In this document: positions 57,601-64,000 of the stretch, one piece after another
Layout: every line of letters starts with the position of its first letter
How positions within the stretch are numbered: the first letter of the stretch is position 1
DNA from: a virus
Virus record (IMG/VR): IMGVR_UViG_3300005617_000004
Span: 45,521-109,520 of that record
DNA: 64,000 bases
Direction: 5' to 3' (one strand)
Notes under the pieces: generated by a model
The model's input: only the letters and a program-made list of their open reading frames with translations
Database searches by the model: none
Told to the model about the DNA's origin: nothing
Position numbers and translations under genes: made by a program

Positions 57601-59525
57601 CGGGTAGCGAATGTGTGCAAATACTGGTAGTCGGCGGGCTTCTTGGCGAAGTCGTCGAACACCAAGAGCCGCGACAGCCGCATCGCGTCGCCGACCGACT
57701 GGTTCAGCCGGTCCTCCTGGATGCCGGACATGTCCTGAAACAGCTCGCCATACATCTCGGTCACCACGCGGATGGTGGTGGTCTTGGCGGCTTCGGTCGG
57801 GCCCGTGGCCCACAGCATCGGAGGCGGCCCTTCGCCGGACTCGGCGCAGCCCATAGCGATGATCAGAGCCTTGAGGTACAAAACGTTGATTCCGGGAAAA
57901 TGTGCTTCAATCGCCGCCTCTGCGCTGGCCAGCGGCATGCGGTGTTTAGGGGCCACGTAGGTAACCCGGTCTTGCGTGGTACGTACTCTCGGCTTACACC
58001 GGATGATGCCGTTGTTGAACGTATCACGATTGTGGTGTAGAAATATGGGCTCGAACAAGTACGGCTGGATCGGGATCCAGCCGGGCAGTCGGCCATTGTT
58101 GGTGTGCGCCGTCACATACGCCTGCATCGGCTTGAGCGCGTCTTCCTCTTTATCGTAGTGCTGGCATGATGGAAGGATGGCCACGTCCTTGCTGGCCAGC
58201 CGCTGAGCCTCCAACAGCGTGTCCTTGTGCAGCCACTGGCTCTCACCGCGGACGAAAAAGAAGGGGTGGAACGCGGCCTTGATACGCTTGACGCTATCCT
58301 TTCCGGCGTCGATGGACTCCTTATGCGTGGCCTTCAGCTGCGCCGAGTACACGTGCTCCCGTAGTGAGGCGGGTAGGTTAGGAAACAGCTCCGCGAACAG
58401 GTAGCCGACATGCTCCGCATGAACAATGTTCTCAAACGCGAGGCGAATCGGCGCCAACGCGTAGCTGTTTTCGAGCGCCAACCCGTGCTTGCGCCGCAGG
58501 CTGCCCCACGTCATAAGGCCGCGTCCGAGGCGCCCATGGCACGAATGGCAATACAAGCCCTGCTTGCTGTCGACGAACACCGGGGTGGCACTGGTCGACA
58601 CGTGGTCCGGGTCTATGGAGCAGTATGAATGGGGGAGCCGCTCTCCGCCTTTGAGCCCGAGCAGTTCCATGATCTCGGCAACCTCTTCCTCGGTCGCCTC
58701 GGCTTTGGAGAACCGCTCCAGCACCTTGAAGTTCTCATCGGGGAGGCTCTCAACTACACGTCCGCAGCGCTGACCTTTCTGGGTAGAGCCCGGGTGCCGT
58801 GTACGGTTGATCACTTCGACCGTGCCGCGAGCCCGCAGAACCGGAATCAAAGTGAGAAGCTGTGCAGCAGCGGCAGCGGCGAGTTCCTGCGCGGTGTAGC
58901 GGTCGTTCGGCGTGGAGGTGTAGATCGCCTTGATGCCGCCGCCCTGCGTGCGCCACCAGCACACAGGTGCGGGTGCGAGATTGCGGCCGAGGTCGTCGAG
59001 GCTCTCGACCGTCATCCGCTCCGGCGCTTCGTGGTCGTGGAAGTCTACGTCCAAGCAGGCCAGGAACGGCAGCGTGTCGGCATCCCATTCCAGTAGTGTG
59101 TCGGGTGCTTCGATCTGCTTGCGCAAGATTGCCGTCATGGCGGCAGCGGTGTTGATCTCTTCGTAGACCAGCGCCTCTTTTTTCGTCTGCCGAATAGTCC
59201 GCTGGCTCAGCTGATACGGTGGTGTGGGCTTCCAGGTTTTTTCGGCTGGCGCAGCTGTTTCCGCCTTCTTCTGCTCGGCGATCTCGGCCAGCCAGCCTTT
59301 GTACAGACGGGTCAAGTGTAGAAACTCGCCGGGCCCTATATTGATCTCGCGCTCGAGCTGGCGCGCGGCGGCGCCGCCGCCCATGTTGAACGCGGAGAAG
59401 AAACGCTCCTGCCCTTGGGAGTCTTGGTAGTCGATCCGGACGAAATCAGGAAAGCCTTTGTCTGCGGGGCTGAGTTGCAGCGTCCGACCTCCGGTGAGGT
59501 CGACAATCAAAGGCTCGATCAGCAT
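54627..59525 (-). CDS. Fusion of AEP-like primase, Zn finger, SF3 helicase, 3'-5' exonuclease and family A DNA polymerase
   Basis: LDVDFH, RTQGGGIK, RHPGS, CHSC; GPTEAAKTT, LLVFDDF, RRV; LDFETQS, AHNVGFER; TGRWSG, DFASVEAR, ENAVQ, HVHDE. Confidence 0.85.
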   Translation of the reverse strand: MLIEPLIVDLTGGRTLQLSPADKGFPDFVRIDYQDSQGQERFFSAFNMGGGAAARQLEREINIGPGEFLHLTRLYKGWLAEIAEQKKAETAAPAEKTWKPTPPYQLSQRTIRQTKKEALVYEEINTAAAMTAILRKQIEAPDTLLEWDADTLPFLACLDVDFHDHEAPERMTVESLDDLGRNLAPAPVCWWRTQGGGIKAIYTSTPNDRYTAQELAAAAAAQLLTLIPVLRARGTVEVINRTRHPGSTQKGQRCGRVVESLPDENFKVLERFSKAEATEEEVAEIMELLGLKGGERLPHSYCSIDPDHVSTSATPVFVDSKQGLYCHSCHGRLGRGLMTWGSLRRKHGLALENSYALAPIRLAFENIVHAEHVGYLFAELFPNLPASLREHVYSAQLKATHKESIDAGKDSVKRIKAAFHPFFFVRGESQWLHKDTLLEAQRLASKDVAILPSCQHYDKEEDALKPMQAYVTAHTNNGRLPGWIPIQPYLFEPIFLHHNRDTFNNGIIRCKPRVRTTQDRVTYVAPKHRMPLASAEAAIEAHFPGINVLYLKALIIAMGCAESGEGPPPMLWATGPTEAAKTTTIRVVTEMYGELFQDMSGIQEDRLNQSVGDAMRLSRLLVFDDFAKKPADYQYLHTFATRLNRAAFTHYKNYKGAESPPFNNAVIFTDWRIPAFFSHDQQFGRRVHLLRLETRLTTSWEKIGHMVEKWWMSSPELTQAAQALHSWVVDEYFPADCETSFAVKMQMLKIPRLEEEVDRTDTHEAIRDLVVELIERIAGSPEEDATTQKRVGRGARFIDWNKAGTVGATCQLLVESLGKGSSGQRDEDRLHAAESLKHVLDPFQLHLPKMYAFKDGIKTVEFEIRNWGARSYVRMAEGGRARSRTRSVNAELFNTWPPKPRPPVETSAEGAAVVAVEALQELTALGDQEPLVLDPDEYTDPLIVYLDFETQSACNLPQHGSYVYAEDASTKVMCAAIIVEGRRIYWTTSKYNLTMPEGVEYEHGIDFLHDMVTDPSGCVIVAHNVGFERAIWTRTLKLPEPIAWRDTMDRTLSKGLAAGADEAGLTLFGLGKDVAGKRFISQIWGPDPKTGELPELTDFMIQSILSYNFRDTDISYWIAQKFGLDASPAWEQEVCDLHHKINYWGICIDKEFAATLRDFDDEFKALAGAQIEKVTGGAITRADLTRVEFLREQLNQNLPPHAQLEDTTVTSLRAVVEMYEEQEERKTDPEQVGPISHEVVEAIKCRLTVSRAALAKVEKALKCVSADGRAKGQLRYCGASTGRWSGYQIQVQNMKRPNEEFDLAAAAAAIEEKDRARFVELCKDQPPYELLGSLIRGIIVPAPGNVFVVGDFASVEARGVLWLADDEDGLIDYRRKDAADEAHPEGKDPNVPDTYQILAGTIFGKNPLTVTKRERGGGKIGILSAGFGGGANAVLRMAGPLGVDLVGLGIDPQTIIDGYRSKYQKVQKSWWACEEMFKLVLENNRTTVRQCGKLTFVKHPDRVEMILPSGRPITYWNARMERDPYADWRKVIVYDNAVNGKVLQRRTYGGKIYENAVQGFCRDLLADVMLRVDRAGAPIAFHVHDEVVLEVPEQHGIAWRDWLEREMRIAPSWAPGMPVFSKPEIMSRRYGK

Positions 59526-59549
59526 GGAGTCTTCCCTGAGAGGCGACTC

Positions 59550-59634
59550 GGCTTCCGAAGCACCACCCCACCAGGGTCGGTTGCCGCCGACCTACCCCGG
59601 GAAGGGAGGGCGGTGTGGCAGTGCTTCGGAAGCC
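59550..59634 (-). ncRNA. Structured 5' leader of the replicase gene
   Basis: 14-bp perfect stem GGCTTCCGAAGCAC / GTGCTTCGGAAGCC enclosing a GGTCGG/CCGACC hairpin. Confidence 0.55.
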
Positions 59635-59666
59635 GAATGGCTGGTAGGCAGTACCAGCGTGGTCGC

Positions 59667-59694
59667 ACTATGGCGCCTCGGTTGAGAACGTCAA
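59667..59694 (-). promoter_or_regulatory. Promoter of the replicase gene
   Basis: TTGACG-N16-CATAGT. Confidence 0.6.
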
Positions 59695-59699
59695 GGGTG

Positions 59700-60240
59700 C
59701 GGCCGGGGGTGGACCGGTGACTCTAGGTACCGGGCTGGAGAGTTGCAAGGTTGTGTTTGTCTTGGTGCGGTCTGTTTCGTCCTACCAGAGTGTGGTAAGC
59801 GCCGATTGTGCTAGCTCTCGGCTATCGGGGCTGCTTTGTAGTCTACGGCAGTCTATTTTCGACTACTCAATACCTAAGCCCCGGTGTAACAAGCACCTGA
59901 TAGCGACTGCTACAGCGCACAATTGGCACTTGTGCAGTCAAGTGGTTTATTCACAGGATGTTATCCTCGACTGCTACAATACTACTAAAACGATTCCTGA
60001 GTTTCCCTCTGCTGGGGGTTGTATGTATCGGTTCAATCGTTACGGTGCCGCGCTTTCGCTGCCGCCTCCACCTCCCCACAAGTAACAATAGGGGGTCATT
60101 TTGTAGCGGTCGCACCTAACCCCTTTTCGCGACTGCGCGTAGGTCAGTTGTGCAGTCGTTGTGCGAACCCTGTGCAGTCGCACCCATACCGACAACCCGC
60201 TTGCAATCTACTGTAGACTGACTTAGACTGGCGGAAAATC
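59700..60240. other. Putative replication origin / divergent control region
   Basis: Largest non-coding, AT-enriched stretch; repeated GACTGC/GCAGTC; lies between divergent blocks. Confidence 0.55.
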
Positions 60241-60594
60241 ATGCCCACCACGAAACAAGTCCCCATCCAGTTCACCAAAGACCAGTTGACCCGCCTGCGG
60301 TCACTCTCGTCCGAGTCCGGCCGATCCATCGCCGCCCTCGTCCGCGACGCCGTCGACCGCATGCTGGCCCCTTCAGCAGGCGTTCCTGCCGAAGCCCTGT
60401 GGCTGATCCTGCGCGACCCGGCGCACTGGCAGACCTTCAAGGAGATCGCCCTCCAGCACGAGGCCGCCAACGCGCCCCCGCCAGCGCCCACGACGTGGCG
60501 ACACCGGAAGTCTGATGATGTTCCGCCACGCCCCGCACGTGTTGTACCGCCGCCTCCGCCCGAAGGCCCCATGCCCTGCCCGTTCACGTCATGA
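60241..60594 (+). CDS. Ribbon-helix-helix (CopG-like) regulator
   Basis: KQVPIQFTKDQLTRLRSLSSESGRSIAALVRDAVDRML. Confidence 0.8.
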   Translation: MPTTKQVPIQFTKDQLTRLRSLSSESGRSIAALVRDAVDRMLAPSAGVPAEALWLILRDPAHWQTFKEIALQHEAANAPPPAPTTWRHRKSDDVPPRPARVVPPPPPEGPMPCPFTS

Positions 60595-60869
60595 GCTCCT
60601 CCAACTTCACCCCCTCCACCCTCGGCCATTGGGGCAACGCCCCGGTCGAGCAGGTCAAGCGCCCCAACGTCGAGCGGCAACGCATCCTCGCGTGGTTGGC
60701 GCTCAATGGCCCCGCGTCGATCGCCGCTGTCCACTGGGGCGCCGGCGTCGCTGGCCCAGGCTGGACCCAGCACAAGACCGGCAGCGCCCTGTCGTCGATG
60801 GTGCACTACGGGTACGTGGCGAAGATAGCGGGCGGGTTGTTCAAGACGACGCAGAAAGGGAAGCCTTGA
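60591..60869 (+). CDS. Small winged-helix-like protein
   Basis: RILAWLALNGPAS..LSSMVHYGYV. Confidence 0.45.
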   Translation: MSSSNFTPSTLGHWGNAPVEQVKRPNVERQRILAWLALNGPASIAAVHWGAGVAGPGWTQHKTGSALSSMVHYGYVAKIAGGLFKTTQKGKP

Positions 60870-61065
60870 CCAGGAAGGAGCGCACCCTGATCAACGCCGT
60901 GCTGAAGTGGTGCGCTGCAGACCTGACGCCGACCACCCACCCCTATCACGACAACTACGGCGAGGGGGAGCTGTACGACGCGATGCAGAACGCCGCAGTC
61001 GACGTGATGGCCGAACGCGACCACGGCATCGAGCACTACTTCTCTGCGCCGCCCAGAACTACGCC

Positions 61066-61093
61066 TTGACACGCTACCGAGCTGCTCCATAGT
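61066..61093 (+). promoter_or_regulatory. Promoter with CTCCNTAG box
   Basis: TTGACA-N16-CATAGT. Confidence 0.65.
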
Positions 61094-61111
61094 CCAGAAC
61101 GGAGCCTGACC

Positions 61112-61762
61112 ATGACGCAAATCGAATTGGAGCAGCAGGCCTACGCGTGGCAGATGGTCGTCGAGGCGCTGGAAAAGGAGGGCCCGATCCCTGCGGTGGT
61201 CGGCGAGACGATGACCAAGGCCGTCTGCGACCAGATCCGCGCGCTGCAGCAGGAGCGCCGCCGCAACGACATCCTGGCCCACGATCTCGGGGTGGCCAAG
61301 GAGCGGATCGAGAAGCTCTTGGAGGAGCGCGACGAGCTGAAGCAGCGCCTGGACCTGTCGATCCAGGCCAACGGCGACCTGACCGACGAGCGCGACGCCC
61401 TCAAGGCCCAACTCGCCGACGCTCACGCAATCGAGTTCCACAGCAACGGCCTGCTGCGCTCCGCCTACAGCATCGCCGCCCGGCAAGGTGTGCAGACCAA
61501 CTGGAACGCGTTTTCGACGCAGGTGTTCGCGCACCTGAGGGCCCACAACCCGTATCGGAGCGATGTGGCTGCGGCGCCCACCAGCGTCCAGCTCAAGCCC
61601 GGTGACAAGGTCACCAAGTCCAAAGGATTCAAGTTCCCCGGCATCGTGGTCTCCCTGTTCACCACCTCCGCTGGTGCCGAGCGGGTAGTGGTCGAGGCGG
61701 ATCACCCCGACTTCGCTGGGATGCTGCACATCTACAACCCCGAGCAGCTGGAGAAGCGATGA
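61112..61762 (+). CDS. Coiled-coil protein with C-terminal DfrB (R67 DHFR)-like SH3 domain
   Basis: GDKVTKSKGFKFPGIVVS..VVVE..GMLHIYNPEQLE. Confidence 0.55.
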   Translation: MTQIELEQQAYAWQMVVEALEKEGPIPAVVGETMTKAVCDQIRALQQERRRNDILAHDLGVAKERIEKLLEERDELKQRLDLSIQANGDLTDERDALKAQLADAHAIEFHSNGLLRSAYSIAARQGVQTNWNAFSTQVFAHLRAHNPYRSDVAAAPTSVQLKPGDKVTKSKGFKFPGIVVSLFTTSAGAERVVVEADHPDFAGMLHIYNPEQLEKR

Positions 61763-62157
61763 CCCTTTACCGCAAGAAGCCTGTCCCGGTGGCGGCGTCG
61801 CAGTGGTTCAAGGATGGCGATCATCCCGCGGTGCAATTCCTTGCTGCCGATTCCCGCTTTCGACAGCTGGCGGGCATGCGCCCAGAGCAGGGCTGGTGCC
61901 CGACGCTTGAGGGTGGCCACGTCGTCACCCCCGGCGACTGGATCATCACCGGCGTTCGTGGCGAGCACTACCCGTGCAAGCCCGACATCTTCACCGAGAC
62001 GTACGAGCTGGCCACAGGAGAGCCCTCCGACGCCGACATCGACAAGGCCGTCGAGGCGTGGAACGCGACAGCAGGCCACCCGCAATTCGCGCACCTGATC
62101 CACAACCGTTTCGAGCGTGAGCAGATGCGCGCGGCATTGAAGGCGGTGCACTCATGA
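61759..62157 (+). CDS. Conserved phage protein (YRKKPV..TLEG..GDWII..YPCKPDIF family)
   Basis: Motif match. Confidence 0.75.
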   Translation: MTLYRKKPVPVAASQWFKDGDHPAVQFLAADSRFRQLAGMRPEQGWCPTLEGGHVVTPGDWIITGVRGEHYPCKPDIFTETYELATGEPSDADIDKAVEAWNATAGHPQFAHLIHNRFEREQMRAALKAVHS

Positions 62158-62661
62158 CCGCCCCACGCTGCCCCGTCTGCGGCGGCCGTATGCTGCGACG
62201 CCACACGTCCGAGCAGGAGACTCGGGTGCTGGTGATTTGGTGGTGCGCCGGTATCGACAAGCATCTGGTGCTCCACAACCTCACCCTTACGCAGACGAAG
62301 AAGGACAAGCCATGAAGCCGCTGATCAAAGACGGCCTCATCATGCGCGACGAGCACGGCAACTGGACAGCGCACTCAGTGCCACTGCGCTGCCGCAAGGA
62401 CGTGTACATGCCTGTGCTGGAGGTGCTCCTCACGCAGGGACCGCAGACCGTCGAGTCGTTGTTGGTGTTGGTCGGCACCGCGCGGTTCGGGTTGAAGCCC
62501 GCTCTAGGGTTGCGCTGGTGCCTGGAAGACCTGGAGAAAGTCGAGTGCGCGCGGGTTGATGGGCTGCGCTGGGTTGCTATCCGCAACCGCGATCGAAAGA
62601 TGAAGGGCTGGCCGTTTCCGGCTGACCATCCTCTGTTCGGCGCCTACCCGAACCATTCGTG

Positions 62662-62688
62662 AGCCCCTCATTCTGGTGGGGCTATTTC
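62662..62688 (+). terminator. Possible intrinsic terminator
   Basis: AGCCCC..GGGGCT followed by a short ATTTC tract. Confidence 0.3.
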
Positions 62689-63362
62689 CTGCTGCCTGCC
62701 GCCTTCACCGACGACGGCACCGTCCAGATCCACGACGTCCACGGCAAGGTGTTCTTCCAGTGCCCGTCGATCGACGCTGGCCTCCACTACGTCGACACCT
62801 GTCTCGCCGAGCGCCAGCAGTGCGCCGCCCCGTGACCTGCTCCTGCGGTCGGCCGGTCTCCGCCCAGGAGGTCGCCCTGCTGCACACCGCCGCGGTCGCC
62901 ACCGCCGTCAAGCGTGGTCAGCCGCCCGCCTCAGTCCTGACCCTGTGCGACGACTGCGGCGCCACCTTCGGCCTGATCCTGGGCGACGACGGGTACAACC
63001 TGCTGCAGCTGCCGGAGCCAGGGGTCCTGGCGCATAAACACACAAACTCGGTCAATTGAGGGGGTTAGGAGGCTTGTGTGATACACTCGGTCTGGTGGTG
63101 GCCGAGAAAAGACTATGGAGAGGCTAAGGAGCTGTATCTTTCGGGCATCACTCGCACGGAGCCCGCCATGGACGCCACGATCAAAACCGCCACCTGCCCG
63201 CACTGCAACCGCAAGGTCGAGCTGGAGAGCAGCTACAACGAGTGCGCCTGCGAGATGATCGCCTTCAACCTGTTCGGCCAGAAGCTCAAGACCCACGCCG
63301 ACGCGCAGGCGATCGAGCTGGGCTTCGACAACTGATCACCAGAAGCCTAGAAAGGGCACCCC

Positions 63363-63731
63363 ATGACCAGAACCCGCTACTGCTCCGAGTGTGAAGCCTG
63401 CGAACGCAAGGAGGTCGCCACGGTCTGCCTGAGCTACCGGAACGACAACAACCACTTCATCCGGAAGAAGCACGTGTGCAGCGACCACGCCGAGATGCTG
63501 GTCAGCGACTACCCTGACGCGGCCCAGCGCGACCTGCTCCCGCGCACCAAGGAAGAGGCCCAGGCCTGGGTGCCGCTCATGACGCCCAACTACCTGGAGA
63601 TCGTCGAAGGTCGTCGTGTCGGGATGCCGACCCTCGACCGCGACGACCCGATCCAGGTGGCGGCCGGGATCCTGAGCGGCAAGCCGGTGTCGTGGATGAC
63701 CTCGCGCCGCCGGCGTTTGTGCTTGACTTGA
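63363..63731 (+). CDS. Cys/His-rich early protein
   Basis: CSECEAC..HVCSDH. Confidence 0.55.
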   Translation: MTRTRYCSECEACERKEVATVCLSYRNDNNHFIRKKHVCSDHAEMLVSDYPDAAQRDLLPRTKEEAQAWVPLMTPNYLEIVEGRRVGMPTLDRDDPIQVAAGILSGKPVSWMTSRRRRLCLT

Positions 63732-63751
63732 CTCCCTAGAGGCTCCATAGT
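63723..63751 (+). promoter_or_regulatory. Promoter with CTCCNTAG tandem box
   Basis: TTGACT-N17-CATAGT containing CTCCCTAG-AGG-CTCCATAG. Confidence 0.65.
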
Positions 63752-63781
63752 CTCGTAACCGAAGCCTGGAAAGGGCACCAC

Positions 63782-64000
63782 ATGGAACTCGCCACTGCCT
63801 TACCTATTGCCCGCGGCCTCGATGAGCACATCTTCTACTCGCCGACCAAGGCGAAGACGGTGTGTACGAGCCACGTCCTGGCGGCGTTCGGCATCGACCC
63901 GAGCACCTACCGCTACAGCGGCCACCACGTGCAGCGCGTGGCGATCCTCAACCGGAACGGCTACTGCGTCCGCTCACGCCTGTCCGCCCTGAAGGGTGAT
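63782..64000 (+). CDS. Hypothetical protein, truncated by the window edge
   Basis: ATG at 63782 reads MELATALPIARGLDEH and stays open to the end. Confidence 0.55.
   Translation, partial: MELATALPIARGLDEHIFYSPTKAKTVCTSHVLAAFGIDPSTYRYSGHHVQRVAILNRNGYCVRSRLSALKGD

Larger units (their letters stand above)
1..64000. mobile_element. Segment of a large dsDNA bacteriophage genome, probably tailless and membrane-containing (jelly-roll type)
   Basis: Dense co-oriented small ORFs with overlapping stop/start codons (ATGA, GTGA, TAATG). Phage-type PolA, SNF2 helicase, MTase and fibres are present. No host housekeeping operons. No terminase, portal or tail genes recognised. Confidence 0.85.

Noticed and set aside
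54627-59525. Intein or intron explaining the large polymerase
   Set aside because: No intein-type C..HN boundaries or LAGLIDADG motifs seen; the extra length is explained by primase and helicase motifs.
59717-60216. ORFs inside the divergent intergenic region
   Set aside because: Atypical composition, no RBS and no codon bias; better explained as non-coding control DNA.
1-64000. tRNA, rRNA, integrase/att sites, terminase or portal
   Set aside because: None recognisable by eye; tRNAscan and HMM searches would be needed to exclude divergent copies.

Overview
The whole window looks like part of one high-GC bacterial dsDNA virus genome, probably larger than 64 kb, with no host genes. It has four transcription blocks. 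(1) 1-7160, minus strand: Arg/Lys-rich core-like proteins, tail-anchored membrane proteins and a jelly-roll-like protein. (2) 7705-28061, plus strand: four beta-sandwich paralogues, a Cys-rich poly-Thr protein with two glycosyltransferases, two long fibre/spike proteins sharing an N-terminal anchor domain, and more tail-anchored membrane proteins. (3) 28137-59525, minus strand: SNF2 helicase, 3D-domain muralytic enzyme, dozens of small accessory genes, DNA methyltransferase, metallophosphoesterase, a MoaD/ThiS-like protein, and a 1632-aa primase-helicase-PolA fusion. (4) 60241-64000, plus strand: an RHH regulator and small early genes. I could not recognise a terminase, portal, HK97 capsid, tape measure, sheath or integrase. 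That absence and the structural gene content suggest, by inference, a large tailless virus with an internal membrane and jelly-roll capsid. The most notable candidates are: a virion glycosylation/mucin-like cassette; a modular fibre-anchor domain in three paralogues; an all-in-one replicase with a structured leader next to a putative origin; recurring NP and (L/M)xGxG motifs in structural proteins; stand-alone copies of host interaction domains (Clp N-domain, PcrA/UvrD C-terminal domain, ubiquitin-like protein with extension, Phd); and a recurring CTCCNTAG-N3-CTCCNTAG box at promoters. All family assignments are from motif recognition by eye, not from database searches.
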